This document shows, piece by piece, positions 25,218 to 35,720 of a stretch of 53,473 nt of DNA. Numbering within the stretch: position 1 is the stretch's first letter; each line of letters opens with the position of its first letter. Under the pieces are notes generated by a model. That model saw only the letters and a list, made by a program, of their open reading frames with translations. It did not search any database and was not told the origin of the DNA. Source of the stretch: Dehalococcoidales bacterium (GTDB lineage: Bacteria; Chloroflexota; Dehalococcoidia; Dehalococcoidales; BS750m-G39); assembly GCA_034409905.1 (NCBI GenBank), contig DAOUMR010000080.1, positions 1-53,473 of the forward strand, read 5' to 3'. The position numbers and the translations under genes are program-made.

Positions 25218-26111
25218 CTAGGTAGACCTTATTTCCTGCCGCATAAAGACGATGTAGCTGACGGCGAAGCAGACGGCGGCCAAGGCTATCAATACCGTGA
25301 GCTGGGGCCAGACGATGAGCAGGCTCTGGTCCAGCGGCAGGGGGTTGGGCAGCATCGAGCTGAGGGTGGTGGAGGTATACAATCCCGAACCTCTCCATAT
25401 CGGAACAAGGAGCACCCTCGTTGCCTCGTTGAAGAGGAAATAGGGGGAGAAGCGAGCTACCATCAACTGCGTGCTAAAGGAATCGCTTACCGCGGGCACG
25501 AGGAATCTGATATAGGGGTTGGAGTCGAGGATAGGGATGCCGAGCAATATCCAGATAGCCATCGGGCAGAGCAGGGAGACAGCCAGGCTGCGGAAGAGCA
25601 CCGAAAAGAGTATCGCCAGCCCCATCCAGAAGGCGCCGTAGATAACCGCCGACAGGAAGTAGGTGAATATCCTCACGATTTCCTCGGCGCCGGGGGGCAC
25701 GCCGATCATCCACAGTCCGTAGCCTCCAACTATGAGTATGATAGCCCCTATCATGATGGCCAGGGTGATTATGCCCGCCAGAAGCTTGCCGTTGATGACG
25801 CTGTCCCTGTAGATAGGCTGGGAGAGGATGCGGTTTAGCGTGCCGCTGGAACGCTCGCCGTTGATGGCGTCGAAACCCAGGGCGATACCGATTATGGGCA
25901 CGAGCAGGCCGATGAAAATGGCCATCGAAATATCTTCACCAGTGGTAAACAGTTTGATAAAAACGGGCCCGGGGTTGACGGACGCCTCGCGGATGCCCTG
26001 GTGGGCGGCATAGATGGCGACGGCGCTGGCAACTAAGACCAGCAGGAGGAGGACGAAGCACCTTATGCTGGTGAAGTAATCAGCCAGTTCTTTGCGCAGG
26101 ATGGTCAGCAT
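25218..26111 (-). CDS. ABC-2 type transporter permease
   Basis: 297 aa, about 6 TM. N-terminus MLTILRKELADYF... is typical of ABC-2 permeases. Lies immediately downstream of the ATPase. Confidence 0.6.
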   Translation of the reverse strand: MLTILRKELADYFTSIRCFVLLLLVLVASAVAIYAAHQGIREASVNPGPVFIKLFTTGEDISMAIFIGLLVPIIGIALGFDAINGERSSGTLNRILSQPIYRDSVINGKLLAGIITLAIMIGAIILIVGGYGLWMIGVPPGAEEIVRIFTYFLSAVIYGAFWMGLAILFSVLFRSLAVSLLCPMAIWILLGIPILDSNPYIRFLVPAVSDSFSTQLMVARFSPYFLFNEATRVLLVPIWRGSGLYTSTTLSSMLPNPLPLDQSLLIVWPQLTVLIALAAVCFAVSYIVFMRQEIRST

Positions 26112-26119
26112 CTATTAAG

Positions 26120-27055
26120 TCAGCCCTCGTGGAAATACTTCATATAGATATCGTCTAAGGAGAATTCCTGGATTTTCACCTGAATTAAAGCCACGCCGCT
26201 CTCTACCACCGCTTTGGAAATCTCCGCCCGCAGGTCGGCGTCGGTGGTTATGCGCAGCATGTTGCCCTCGGCTTCTACCTTGCTTACCCCCTTAATCTTT
26301 TTCATCACCTCTATCAGCTGGGGGCTGGGCTCGGCGGTTTCTACCTCTATCCGGAAGCGGCCTTCCGCCAGGGCGTCGCGGCCCAGCTCATCCAGGGAGC
26401 CCTGGACTACCATTTTGCCCTTGGAGAGTATGCCGATGCTGTGGCAGACCCGCTGCACTTCGTAGAGGCGGTGGGAGGAAAAGACCACCGTCGTGCCCAT
26501 CTTGGGTAGGTTGCCTATCAAATCAATAATCTGGTTGATGCCTTCGGGGTCGAGACCGGCGGTGGGCTCGTCGAGGAAGGCCACCTTGGGCTTTTTGACC
26601 AGCACGTCGGCTATCCCTAAGCGCTGCTTCATACCGCGGGAGAACTTGTTCACCGTCTTGTCGGCCACGTCACTCAAGCCCACCGATTTCAATACCTGCT
26701 CGATGAGGGGCTCGGACTCGGCGTAGCCGATGTTATTGAGCTTGGCGATGAACCTGAGGTTTTCCTTGGCGGTGAGGGTATCGTAGAAGCCGACCTTTTC
26801 CGGCAGGTAGCCCGCCAGGCGCTTGACCTTGAGTGGCTCGCGGGTGGAGTCGAAGCCGTAGATTTTGGCGGTGCCCGAAGCCGGCTCGGTCAGGCCCAGC
26901 AGCATGAGGATGGTGGTGGTCTTGCCCGCGCCGTTGGGGCCAAGCAGCCCGAACACCTCTTTTTCGGCGACCTCAAGGTTGAGGTGGTCGACCACGGTGA
27001 CCTTGTCGTACTCCTTGGTCAGGTCCTCGGTCTTAACTACAATCTTTTTAGCCAT
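26120..27055 (-). CDS. ABC transporter ATP-binding protein
   Basis: Walker A GPNGAGKTT, signature FSRGMKQRL, Walker B VAFLDEPTAGLD, H-loop. Confidence 0.85.
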   Translation of the reverse strand: MAKKIVVKTEDLTKEYDKVTVVDHLNLEVAEKEVFGLLGPNGAGKTTTILMLLGLTEPASGTAKIYGFDSTREPLKVKRLAGYLPEKVGFYDTLTAKENLRFIAKLNNIGYAESEPLIEQVLKSVGLSDVADKTVNKFSRGMKQRLGIADVLVKKPKVAFLDEPTAGLDPEGINQIIDLIGNLPKMGTTVVFSSHRLYEVQRVCHSIGILSKGKMVVQGSLDELGRDALAEGRFRIEVETAEPSPQLIEVMKKIKGVSKVEAEGNMLRITTDADLRAEISKAVVESGVALIQVKIQEFSLDDIYMKYFHEG

Positions 27056-27058
27056 ATT

Positions 27059-27922
27059 CTACCGTCGGCTGAAGCGCATGAAGATAACGGCCAGTCCCGC
27101 AATGACCAGCACGATGATGCCGATGCCCACCCATCCCCAGACGGCGGGCGTCTTTACGGTGACCCTGATGTCCAGGCTGTCCGAAGCCTGCGTGCCCGAT
27201 GCCCGGACGACGAGTTGGTAATCACCGGCGATGGCGTCGGCGGGCGGCTTGATGTTCATCTCTACGGTCTGGAAATTGTTCGCCGTCAGGGTGTCTATGT
27301 TGGTCAGGGAGAGCTCAACCGTCCACCCACTTGGTTTGTTGGTGGAGAGGCTAATATTGTCGATATCACCGGTGCCGCTGTTGACTACGGCTATGGTGAA
27401 GGGGTTGTCCTTGCCCGCTTGAGCCGTGGTGCTGAGGACGCCGTCGGGCGTGGTGAGGTAGAGGGTATAGGTGAAGGGTATGGAGGTTACTACCGCCGTG
27501 AGCTCAATGGAGCTCTTGATGTCACCCGAGCTTGCCTCCACCGTTATCGGGTATTCGCCCAGTTCGGGGGTGAGCCAGGAGGCGGGGGTGGCGCTAACGA
27601 CTATTTGCTCGGTGGTGGAGCTTTCGCCCTCTGCCGGCGGCTCCATCCTTATATCCAGTATCTGTTTGTCACGGGGGTAGGAAGGGGTGATTGAGGTCGT
27701 CCAGTCGGCGGGTCCCGTCGCCGTCAGGTCGAAGACCCGCGCCACATCCCCCGTGTATTCCAGGGTGATGGTGAACTCGACACTGTCCCCGGAGACTATC
27801 TCCTGCTTGTAGTAGTCAGTGGTAAGCTCAATGGTGGCATCCTGAGCTAGAACCGGACTTAAGGGGATAAGGGTCATTAAGCACACCATTAAGATGCCGA
27901 AAGCTAAAAGTCTTCTTTTCAT
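27059..27922 (-). CDS. Secreted/anchored beta-sandwich protein, NEW3 (NPCBM-associated) / COG1470-like
   Basis: Signal peptide, repeated ...AGDY.L.V.A.. Ig-like segments, C-terminal TM. This architecture commonly precedes ABC-2 transporters (from memory). Confidence 0.5.
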   Translation of the reverse strand: MKRRLLAFGILMVCLMTLIPLSPVLAQDATIELTTDYYKQEIVSGDSVEFTITLEYTGDVARVFDLTATGPADWTTSITPSYPRDKQILDIRMEPPAEGESSTTEQIVVSATPASWLTPELGEYPITVEASSGDIKSSIELTAVVTSIPFTYTLYLTTPDGVLSTTAQAGKDNPFTIAVVNSGTGDIDNISLSTNKPSGWTVELSLTNIDTLTANNFQTVEMNIKPPADAIAGDYQLVVRASGTQASDSLDIRVTVKTPAVWGWVGIGIIVLVIAGLAVIFMRFSRR

Positions 27923-27989
27923 CGCTTTGCCCCCCTTGGCTAAATTGTTTGGTTCATATCAGAGCCGTAGCTCAATATCAAACGAATTT

Positions 27990-28988
27990 TTAACCGGCCA
28001 GCAGCTCCTTGAGCTTCTCGGTGAAAGCGGGCAGCGCCTTCTTCCAGTCGCCGACCACGCCGAAGCGGGCTTCCCTGAATATATTGGCTTCGGGGTCTTT
28101 GTTGATGGCGACGATGGTCTTGGAGCCGGAGCAGCCTGACATGTGCTGGCTGGAACCGGAAAGGGCGACGGCGATATAGAGCTCGGGAGCCACAATCTTG
28201 CCGGTGAGCCCTATTTGCGCGCCCGCGGGCACCCATTCATTATCGCAGGGCGGGCGAGTAGCGCCGACCGCGCCTTTGAGCATCTTGGCTAATACCTCCA
28301 GCTGGACGAAGCCCTCGGCGCTGCCGATGCCCCGGCCGCCGCAGACGATGACCTCGGCGTCTTCCAGCTTGATGCCCTCCACCTTTTCCGCCACCTTCTC
28401 CAGCACCTTGGCCCTTATCTTCGATGGGTCGAGGGCGGCGTCAACCTTGACCACTTCACCTTTTCGGCCGGAGTCGGGCGCTAAGGGCGTCATTGCCTTA
28501 GCCCTGACCGTGGCTATCTGGGGGAAGGAGTCGGTGACGAAAACAGCCTGGGCGTTGCCGCCGTAAACAGGCTTGGTCTGCAGTAATTTCTGGGAAGAGG
28601 GGTCGATGGCTAGCTCCAGACAGCCCAGTTGGGCCGCCGTCTTGAGGCGGAAAGCCAGCGCTGGCGCCAGGTCGCGCCCTAGGGAGGTCTGCCCCATTAA
28701 CAGAATCTGGGGCGCCGCCTGCCCGACGACCTTCTCCATGACCGCCAAGTAGGCATCGGTCTGGTAATCTTTAAGCTGGGGGTCGTCGACGACATAGACC
28801 TTATCGGCGCCGTAGGCGATGGCTTCTTTAGCCAGTTCGGCTATGCCGCTGCCGACCAGCACCGCCGCCAGCTCCTGACCCAGGTCGTCAGCCAGCTTTC
28901 GGCCGCAGCCTAAAAGCTCGGTGGCGATTGCCGCCAGTTTGCCTTCTTTAGTTTCACAGAGGATGAGAACACCTTTGTTTTCGGCCAT
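27990..28988 (-). CDS. etfA: Electron transfer flavoprotein subunit alpha
   Basis: 332 aa. The C-terminal FAD-binding region (VCGGRGIGS...[20 protein letters not shown]...[28 protein letters not shown]) is diagnostic. Confidence 0.85.
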   Translation of the reverse strand: MAENKGVLILCETKEGKLAAIATELLGCGRKLADDLGQELAAVLVGSGIAELAKEAIAYGADKVYVVDDPQLKDYQTDAYLAVMEKVVGQAAPQILLMGQTSLGRDLAPALAFRLKTAAQLGCLELAIDPSSQKLLQTKPVYGGNAQAVFVTDSFPQIATVRAKAMTPLAPDSGRKGEVVKVDAALDPSKIRAKVLEKVAEKVEGIKLEDAEVIVCGGRGIGSAEGFVQLEVLAKMLKGAVGATRPPCDNEWVPAGAQIGLTGKIVAPELYIAVALSGSSQHMSGCSGSKTIVAINKDPEANIFREARFGVVGDWKKALPAFTEKLKELLAG

Positions 28989-29038
28989 TTCTTGCCTCCT
29001 ATCTATAACAAAAGAATGTTAAAAACTGGTTAAGAATT

Positions 29039-29839
29039 CTATAATACCTTTACTTCCCTTAGTTTTGCCGCCAGATTGGCGCCGGCTTCTTCGGGGCTTT
29101 CGCCCTCGATAATCTCGCACTTGCCTTCGCGTACGGGCTGGAACAGTTTTTGCAGCTTGGTGCGCCTACCTTGAGCGCCTATCTGGGAGGCTTCGACGCC
29201 GATGTCGGCGGGCTTCCAGACGATGGGTTCTATTTTCTTGGCGCCCATGATGCCCTTGATGGTGGGGTAGCGGGGCTCGCCGACTTCGTTGCTGACGGTA
29301 ACCAGGCAGGGCAGGGAGACCTCGACGACCTCGTAGCCTTCGTCGGTGACCCTTTCCAGCTTGGCCTTGCCGCCGGCGGGCTCAATCTTCTTGACCAGGG
29401 TGACGCTAGGCAGCCCCAGGATTTCGGCGATGGCCGAGCCGACCTGTCCCGCGTTCCAGTCGGAAGCCTCGCGGCCGCAGAAGATGATGTTGTATTCGCC
29501 TATCTTCTTGATAGCCATCGCCAGCGCGTAGGCGGTTGACCAGCTGTCGCCGCCGTCGAAGGCTTCGTCCTCCAGCAGAATCAGCTCGTCGGCGCCCATC
29601 GCCAGCGGTTTCTTGACGATGTCTCTGAGCTGGTTGGTGCCCAGGCTGACGGCGGTTACCTTGCCGCCCTGGGTGTCCTTAACCTTGAGCGCCGCCTCGA
29701 CGCCGTATTCGGCGTAGGGGTCGATTACGGGCGATACCCCCTGGGGTGGCACCACCTTGTTATTGGCGGCGTCTATCTTGAAGCTGGCGGGGGGGGCTTC
29801 GGGGTCGATTACTTGCTTGATGCAAACAATCATGTTCAT
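29039..29839 (-). CDS. etfB: Electron transfer flavoprotein subunit beta
   Basis: MNMIVCIKQVIDPE... with the typical EtfB fold pattern. Adjacent to etfA. Confidence 0.85.
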   Translation of the reverse strand: MNMIVCIKQVIDPEAPPASFKIDAANNKVVPPQGVSPVIDPYAEYGVEAALKVKDTQGGKVTAVSLGTNQLRDIVKKPLAMGADELILLEDEAFDGGDSWSTAYALAMAIKKIGEYNIIFCGREASDWNAGQVGSAIAEILGLPSVTLVKKIEPAGGKAKLERVTDEGYEVVEVSLPCLVTVSNEVGEPRYPTIKGIMGAKKIEPIVWKPADIGVEASQIGAQGRRTKLQKLFQPVREGKCEIIEGESPEEAGANLAAKLREVKVL

Positions 29840-29895
29840 AAAGCTCTACTCCTCCTGCTTATTACTGACTTGAAGGCTGGGAAATCCAACTAACT

Positions 29896-29924
29896 AATTT
29901 AGCATCGGGGCTACTAAGTGTCAA
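29896..29924 (-). promoter_or_regulatory. Sigma70-type promoter for etfB-etfA
   Basis: Minus strand: TTGACA (29919-29924, overlapping the stop of the upstream gene), 17 nt, TAAATT (29896-29901). SD AGGAGGAG before the ATG at 29839. Confidence 0.4.
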
Positions 29925-30496
29925 GGCGAGTCGGGGGGTGGGGTGTCGATATCAATGACAATGCCCTCGCAGTTAACGGGTACTTCGAGGACGTCTTTGG
30001 GGTTTTCCCTGATTATCTCCCGGCCGCCGAAGTCGCCCTTCAAGCGGGACAAAGGCACCTGGTATTTTCTATCAAAGATGAGGGGGTGTCCCCTCTGGCC
30101 CTTGTAGGTCGGGATGGCGATGCCCTTTTTCTTACGGCTGAAGGCGTCAATCAACCTGTCGATGGTGGGGCTATCGACATAGGGCTGGTCGCCAAGGACG
30201 AGCATGACCGCCTGTGCCTGGCTATCGACGAACTTGAGCCCGGCGGCGATGGAGGTGCCCATACCCTTTCGGTAGAGCGGGTTGACCACTATCTTGATGG
30301 GACGGCCCGACAATCTTTTCGTTATCTCTTCGGCCTTGTAGCCCAGCACCACGACGACCTCAGTTAATTTTGAGCCGAGGAGGTTATCCAGCGTTTGTTC
30401 TAAGATAGTGCTGTCGCCCAGGGGCATCAGTTGCTTGAGCTTGCCCATGCGGCTGGACTTGCCCGCCGCCAGCAGGATTGCCGAGACCGCCTCCAT
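29921..30496 (-). CDS. MobA/MocA-like nucleotidyltransferase
   Basis: AILLAAGKSSRMGKLKQL... N-terminal NTP-transferase motif. The ATG overlaps the prmC stop (TAATG). Confidence 0.7.
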   Translation of the reverse strand: MEAVSAILLAAGKSSRMGKLKQLMPLGDSTILEQTLDNLLGSKLTEVVVVLGYKAEEITKRLSGRPIKIVVNPLYRKGMGTSIAAGLKFVDSQAQAVMLVLGDQPYVDSPTIDRLIDAFSRKKKGIAIPTYKGQRGHPLIFDRKYQVPLSRLKGDFGGREIIRENPKDVLEVPVNCEGIVIDIDTPPPDSP

Positions 30497-31344
30497 TACC
30501 GCGCCACCTTCGCCTCGCTGAGACTTAAAGATACAACTCTCTCGATGCCGCTTAAATCGTTAAAAACATCTATATTGCCGTTGGGGAAAAGGTGGTGCAA
30601 CAAACTGCTTACGACCTTCGCCTGACCAGCGCCTATTTCAAGGAGCATTGTGCCATCGTCTGATAATTTGCCTTTAGCCTGCCGACAGAGCTTAGCTATC
30701 ATTTCCGTCCCTTTAGCACCGCCGTCTAAAGCAATCAGTGGCTCGGAGTTATCGGGGGCGATTTCTGTCCGCCCGACATAGGGAAGGTTGGCTACTATCA
30801 GGTCGACTGGCTCTGGCAAAGGCTCCAGCATATCGCCCTGTAATAGGCTGACTCTATCGGCTACGCCGTGCCGCTGGCAGTTGATACGAGCCACCTCAAG
30901 GGCGGCGGGGGATATGTCGGTGGCGTATATTTTCGCTTTTGGTAACTCAAGAGCCAGGCTTACGGCAATAGCGCCGCAGCCCGTGCCGATGTCGGCGATG
31001 GTGTGCAGTTGGCGTTCTTTTGCCAGTCCTAGAGCCGTCTCCACCAGCAGCTCGCTTTCAGGGCGGGGGATAAGGGTGTGGGGGTTGACGTGGAAGTCGC
31101 GCCCGTAGAACTCGCGGCGGCCGATTATATAAGCTGTAGGCTCGCCATTAAGGCGGCGTGCGATAAGCGTGCGGAATATCTTTTCGTCTTCAGGGCTTAG
31201 TTCTTTTTCGAGGTCAAGGTATAGCCGCGTGCGATTTATCTTTAAGACGTGCCTGAGCAGTAGCTCGGCCTCCAGTGAGGCGTCTTCGATGGCTTTCCGG
31301 GCTAAGGTGTCCCGGGCGCTATTGAGGGCTTGGGCGAGCCTCAC
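30496..31344 (-). CDS. prmC: Peptide chain release factor N5-glutamine methyltransferase
   Basis: SAM motif DIGTGCGAI and catalytic N-L-P-Y (IVANLPYV). The GTG start overlaps the prfA stop (GTGA). Confidence 0.85.
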   Translation of the reverse strand: MRLAQALNSARDTLARKAIEDASLEAELLLRHVLKINRTRLYLDLEKELSPEDEKIFRTLIARRLNGEPTAYIIGRREFYGRDFHVNPHTLIPRPESELLVETALGLAKERQLHTIADIGTGCGAIAVSLALELPKAKIYATDISPAALEVARINCQRHGVADRVSLLQGDMLEPLPEPVDLIVANLPYVGRTEIAPDNSEPLIALDGGAKGTEMIAKLCRQAKGKLSDDGTMLLEIGAGQAKVVSSLLHHLFPNGNIDVFNDLSGIERVVSLSLSEAKVAR

Positions 31345-32411
31345 GCCGGCTGCCTCTCCAGCTGTTTGGTCTGCTCGCTGGCGGAAAGGGCGTCGATAAG
31401 CTCGTCGAGCTCGCCGTCCATGATTCGGGGCAGGTTGCGCAGGTTCTTGCCCAGGCGGTGGTCAGAGAGGCGGTCCTGGGGGAAGTTATAGGTCCTTATC
31501 TTCTCGGCGCGGTCGCCCGTGCCCACCTGGGAACGGCGCTGCTGGGTGATGGCTTCTTCCTGCTTGGTGCGCTCTATATCGAGGAGGCGGGCGCGGAGCA
31601 CCGACATCGCCTTGTTGCGGTTTCGTAGCTGGGAGCGCTCGTCCTGGCAGGTGGTGACGATGCCGGTGGGGAGGTGGGTAATGCGCACGGCGGTGGCGAC
31701 CTTGTTTACGTTCTGTCCCCCCGCCCCTCGGCTGTGATAGAAGTCAATCTTGAGGTCGTCGGCGTTGATGTCCACCTCAACCTCGTCGGCCTGGGGGAGG
31801 ACGGCCACGGTTGCCGTCGAGGTATGGAGCCTTCCCGATGATTCGGTAACGGGCACCCTTTGCACGCGGTGGACGCCTCGCTCGTACTTGAGGCGGCTGA
31901 AAGCGCCCTTGCCCCTGACCTCAAAGATAATCTCCTTGAAGCCGCCGATGCCGCTCTCGTTGCTGTCGATAACGTCAACATCCCAGCCCTTGGCCTGGGC
32001 GTAGCGGGAGTACATGCGGAAGAGGTCGGCGGCGAAAAGCCCGGCTTCATCGCCGCCAGCGCCGGCCCGAATCTCCATAATAATGTCGCGCTCGTCTCTG
32101 ACGTCCTTGGGCAAGAGTGCCAGCTTCAATTCCTCAAGCAGGCTTTCCTGCTTGGGCTCGAGCTTCTCTATCTCCTGTTTAGCCAGGGCGGCCATCTCTT
32201 CGTCAAGCTCGCCTTCGAGCATGGCTCTGGCGTCTTCGAGCTGCTTGGTGGTCGCCTTGTATTTCCGGTAGCTGGCGACGATATCCTCAATGCCCGCGCG
32301 CTCCTGGGCCAGCGCCTGCACCTTTTTCAGGTCGGTGGCGATTTCGGGCCGGGAGATTTGCTTTTCCAGCTCCTCGTAGCGCTTTTCTATTTTTTCCAGT
32401 CTGTCCCACAT
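31341..32411 (-). CDS. prfA: Peptide chain release factor 1
   Basis: Start taken at [15 protein letters not shown] (ATG 32409-32411). PVT tripeptide (RVPVTES) and GGQ ([12 protein letters not shown]). The 58-codon ORF-track extension runs through repeat cluster R7 and is rejected. Confidence 0.92.
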   Translation of the reverse strand: MWDRLEKIEKRYEELEKQISRPEIATDLKKVQALAQERAGIEDIVASYRKYKATTKQLEDARAMLEGELDEEMAALAKQEIEKLEPKQESLLEELKLALLPKDVRDERDIIMEIRAGAGGDEAGLFAADLFRMYSRYAQAKGWDVDVIDSNESGIGGFKEIIFEVRGKGAFSRLKYERGVHRVQRVPVTESSGRLHTSTATVAVLPQADEVEVDINADDLKIDFYHSRGAGGQNVNKVATAVRITHLPTGIVTTCQDERSQLRNRNKAMSVLRARLLDIERTKQEEAITQQRRSQVGTGDRAEKIRTYNFPQDRLSDHRLGKNLRNLPRIMDGELDELIDALSASEQTKQLERQPA

Positions 32412-32469
32412 AGTTAGACTCCGATGAAAATTATAGCACAGGCATAGGGAAAGGAGAAATGATAGGGGG

Positions 32470-32640
32470 AGCTTTTCGTTTTTCCTCCCCACCTTGTTTA
32501 GCGAAGGTGTGATTTTCCCACCCAATACCCACCCTGCAGAGGTGTAACCTCTATAGACTTCTCTCCCTACCCCCGATTCTGTCATTCCCGCGAAGGCGGG
32601 AATCTAGTTTTACCCCTTTTTATCCCCTCCTTTTAGCGCA
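32470..32640. repeat. Mosaic repeat cluster R7 (A, P1)
   Basis: CTCCCCACCTTGTTTAGCGAAGGTGTGATTTTCCCACCCAATACCCACCCTGCAGAGGTGTAACCTCTATAG..., then GTCATTCCCGCGAAGGCGGGAATC (palindrome at 32584-32603). Confidence 0.85.
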
Positions 32641-32659
32641 GGTTTTTCGTCAGAACGTA

Positions 32660-32688
32660 TTGACAGGTAGTCGTCCTAATTGTATTAT
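32660..32688 (+). promoter_or_regulatory. Sigma70-type promoter for the 32748 gene
   Basis: TTGACA (32660-32665), 17 nt, TATTAT (32683-32688). About 60-nt leader with SD AAGGAGG. Confidence 0.45.
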
Positions 32689-32747
32689 CTAACTCCCCGG
32701 AGACAACCTGCTGGTCAGAAATATCTTACAAATAAAGGAGGCGAAAA

Positions 32748-33131
32748 ATGGCAGAGGCGAAAAAGAAGATGTCCAGGACGCAGAAGGTTTTCGGCTTCAT
32801 TGGTATGGCTGCCTTCAGCGTCGGTCTGGTGATGGCCATAATCTACGGAGTTATTTCCCGGGACAATGCTAGCGTAATCCTGGGATTGGTCCTTCTGGGC
32901 GTCGTTGTCGGCTTGCTGAACATTACCAGAAGGGAGATGGTTCTCCTTCTCCTCACCGCTGTCGCCCTCATCGTGGTGGGCAAAGCCAGTTTTTCTGCGT
33001 TGGATGACCTGGTGGATGGACTCGGCGCCAGTCTTAACGGCATTGTGAGCTATCTGGCTGTCTTCATGGCCCCGGCTGCCGTCATCACCGCTGTCCGTGC
33101 TATCTGGGCCGTGGGCCGCCCCGGGGACTAG
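32748..33131 (+). CDS. Membrane protein (127 aa, 4 TM)
   Basis: Strong SD and four hydrophobic helices. No family recognised. Confidence 0.5.
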   Translation: MAEAKKKMSRTQKVFGFIGMAAFSVGLVMAIIYGVISRDNASVILGLVLLGVVVGLLNITRREMVLLLLTAVALIVVGKASFSALDDLVDGLGASLNGIVSYLAVFMAPAAVITAVRAIWAVGRPGD

Positions 33132-33177
33132 CGGCTAGAAAAGTATGGCGTCAGGTGTTGGGGGATTACCCCCTGCC

Positions 33178-33627
33178 CTAATGAGTAGACGCCATCCCGT
33201 AACGCCGGTAAAGCCTCGGCAAATCTATGGTGTGGTACACTACATTGACTTTTGTATCGTACCGGATCTGCCAGCCTAAGGGGCTGTTAGCCTCCGGGCT
33301 GCGACTACCTTCGTATTGCCAGGGAAGCGGGTAGCCCGCGCTCCGGGCATAGAGCCTTACCTCCCCCGGGACGCCGGATCCGCCGGCAGCGTGGTCACCG
33401 GAGCGCTTGAGCCAATCTTCGGGCGTCTCCAGGAAGAGGTTGTCGGGACCGGCCTTGAGCTTTTGGGACAAATGGTACGCGGTAAGTAAAAGCGCCACGC
33501 CAAATGGCGTGGTAAATGGCTCTGGCAGGGCGACCAGAACAATTCCCAGGTACTTTAGAAGCCTGACACTAGTTCTAGTTTGAATCATGTAGACCCGAAA
33601 ACCATATCCTGGCCGGTCTATATCCAA
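33178..33627 (-). CDS. Hypothetical protein, possible membrane N-terminus
   Basis: ORF only. No clear SD at either candidate ATG (33627 or 33588). One hydrophobic stretch (YLGIVLVALPEPFTTPFGVALLLTAY). Confidence 0.35.
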   Translation of the reverse strand: MDIDRPGYGFRVYMIQTRTSVRLLKYLGIVLVALPEPFTTPFGVALLLTAYHLSQKLKAGPDNLFLETPEDWLKRSGDHAAGGSGVPGEVRLYARSAGYPLPWQYEGSRSPEANSPLGWQIRYDTKVNVVYHTIDLPRLYRRYGMASTH

Positions 33628-33699
33628 TGCCAGCGATTCCCAATCAATCCCTTGTATATGGGCGAATAAAGATAAACTGTAGTGGTTTTTCTGGGCGTT

Positions 33700-33880
33700 G
33701 TCAAGTGGGTGTTTTTTGGGGGGGGATTTACCACCTTTGAAAAAGGGGGATTTTTTGTCCTACCTCCCCACCTTGTTTAGCGGAGGTGTGATTTTCCCAC
33801 CCAGCCCGCCCTAATGAGCTGGCGCTCTTTAACTTGGCTCTTTTGGGGGTGGGAAAAGATACAAAACAGGGTGGGAATAA
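33700..33880. repeat. Mosaic repeat cluster R8 (A variant with CCCAGCCCGCCCTAATGAG tail)
   Basis: CTCCCCACCTTGTTTAGCGGAGGTGTGATTTTCCCACCCAGCCCGCCCTAATGAGCTGGCGCTCTTTAACTTGG..., the same variant as in R5 and R11. Confidence 0.75.
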
Positions 33881-33895
33881 TAAAAATAGGAAAAC

Positions 33896-33971
33896 TGGCT
33901 CCCCGAGTAGGACTCGAACCTACAACCTAGCGGTTAACAGCCGCCCGCTCTACCGATTGAGCTATCGGGGA
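33896..33971 (-). tRNA. tRNA-Asn (GUU)
   Basis: Hand-folded cloverleaf: acceptor UCCCCGA/UCGGGGA, anticodon loop CUGUUAA, T-arm GUAGGUUCGAGUCCUAC, discriminator G, encoded CCA. Confidence 0.9.
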
Positions 33972-34041
33972 ACAGGAAGCAGATGCCTATTATTGCCTTT
34001 ACCGATTACGGTGTCAAGGGGCGATTAGAGATAAAGGATTT

Positions 34042-34308
<267 letters not shown>

Positions 34309-34400
34309 TTAAACCATCCTCCTGGTCTTAATTGAGTTTTATTTTACCATTATTCCCCGTTCAATGCACCTTTTAACCACCTCCTTAAAGAGAGCCGTTT

Positions 34401-34652
34401 TTAGCCGGGTGGCTCTTCTTTCATCCAGATGCGGTACATCTTTTCGCCGGCTTCCTCAAAGCACTTGAAGCCCTTGGAGTCCACCTCTTCCACCTCGACC
34501 TCGCCCAGCTCGCGGCACTGCTCCAGCCAGTTGCGGAAGTGGGCGCCGCCGCCGAAATAGACCTTGTGCCACTTGTTGCCGTTGGCGTCTATCTTCTCTT
34601 TGACCAGCTCTTCCTGGGCCAGTCTTTCCCGTTCCCTCGATTCTTGGGACAT
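34401..34652 (-). CDS. Hypothetical acidic protein (83 aa)
   Basis: ORF between mrp and the ferredoxin gene on the same strand. No family recognised. Confidence 0.45.
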   Translation of the reverse strand: MSQESRERERLAQEELVKEKIDANGNKWHKVYFGGGAHFRNWLEQCRELGEVEVEEVDSKGFKCFEEAGEKMYRIWMKEEPPG

Positions 34653-34694
34653 CCCTCTCTCCCTTAATAGACTAAGTCTAAAGCGGCGCTGACG

Positions 34695-35699
34695 TCAAGG
34701 AGTCTTCTTTTTCAGCGCATCTTTCAGCGATTGGCCGAAGGCGTTCATAATCTCAGAATCGTAGCTTTCAATCTCGCCCTTATCGCAGAGCCTGGCCAGC
34801 TCGGGGTCGAGGGGCAGCTGTGCCAGCAGGGGCGCGTTGGAAGCCCGCGCCATTTCCTGGCCGCGGCTGGGGCCGAAGATTTCCATTTTCTTATCCGTAT
34901 CAGGCAGGTGCAGGTAGCTCATGTTCTCCACAACCCCCAGCACGGCTTTATTCATCTTTTGCGCCATGTTGACCGCCTTGCGGACAATCATAGCGGTGAG
35001 GTCCTGGGGGGTAAAGACGATGATGACTCCCGATATGGGGAAGGACTGCATCACGGTGAGGGGGGCGTCGGCGGTACCGGGTGGTAAATCGATGAGCAGG
35101 TAGTCGAGCCTGCCCCAGAGGACGTCCTCCCAGAACTGCTTGATGGTGTTGCTGATTAAGGGACCCCGCCAGATGACGGCGTCGTCTTCCTGGGGAAGGA
35201 GTAGGTTGATGGACATCACCTCAATGCCCGACCTTGAGAGCACAGGCAGGATGCCGCTCTCGCTACCGCTGGGGCGGCTGACGATGCCGAACATCTTGGG
35301 GATGCTGGGGCCGGTGAGGTCAGCGTCTAGGATGCCCACCTCGTAGCCCTGGCGCTTTAGGGCGATGGCGGCCAGTCCCGCCACCAGCGATTTGCCTACC
35401 CCGCCCTTGCCGCTCATCACGGCGATGATACTGCCGATTTTATTAAGCTCGGCGGGCTTGGCCTCGCTAAACTCGATGTCCACCTTTTTTACCCCCGAAA
35501 GCTTGCCCACCGCCTCTTTAGCCTTGGTGCTGACCCACTGCTTAGCCTCGTCGTTTAGGGCGGTGGAGGCCAGCGTGATTTTGACCTCTTTGTCCGAGGT
35601 CGTAATCTGCCTGACCAGGTTAAGCCCGTTGATGTCTCGCATAACGACGGGAACCATCACCTTTTCCAGGCTCTCTCTGACTTGCTCTTCTGATGCCAT
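34695..35699 (-). CDS. mrp: Fe-S cluster carrier ATPase Mrp/ApbC/NBP35 family
   Basis: N-terminal DUF59-like domain. Deviant Walker A VMSGKGGVGKS. ParA/MinD-like core. Confidence 0.85.
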   Translation of the reverse strand: MASEEQVRESLEKVMVPVVMRDINGLNLVRQITTSDKEVKITLASTALNDEAKQWVSTKAKEAVGKLSGVKKVDIEFSEAKPAELNKIGSIIAVMSGKGGVGKSLVAGLAAIALKRQGYEVGILDADLTGPSIPKMFGIVSRPSGSESGILPVLSRSGIEVMSINLLLPQEDDAVIWRGPLISNTIKQFWEDVLWGRLDYLLIDLPPGTADAPLTVMQSFPISGVIIVFTPQDLTAMIVRKAVNMAQKMNKAVLGVVENMSYLHLPDTDKKMEIFGPSRGQEMARASNAPLLAQLPLDPELARLCDKGEIESYDSEIMNAFGQSLKDALKKKTP

Positions 35700-35720
35700 A
35701 AAAAATCTCCCCTCTGTTTA

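Noticed and set aside
32412-32585. 58-codon N-terminal extension of prfA in the ORF track
   Set aside because: The extension is translated repeat module A plus P1. RF1 homology begins at [10 protein letters not shown] (ATG 32411), which gives a normal 356-aa RF1.
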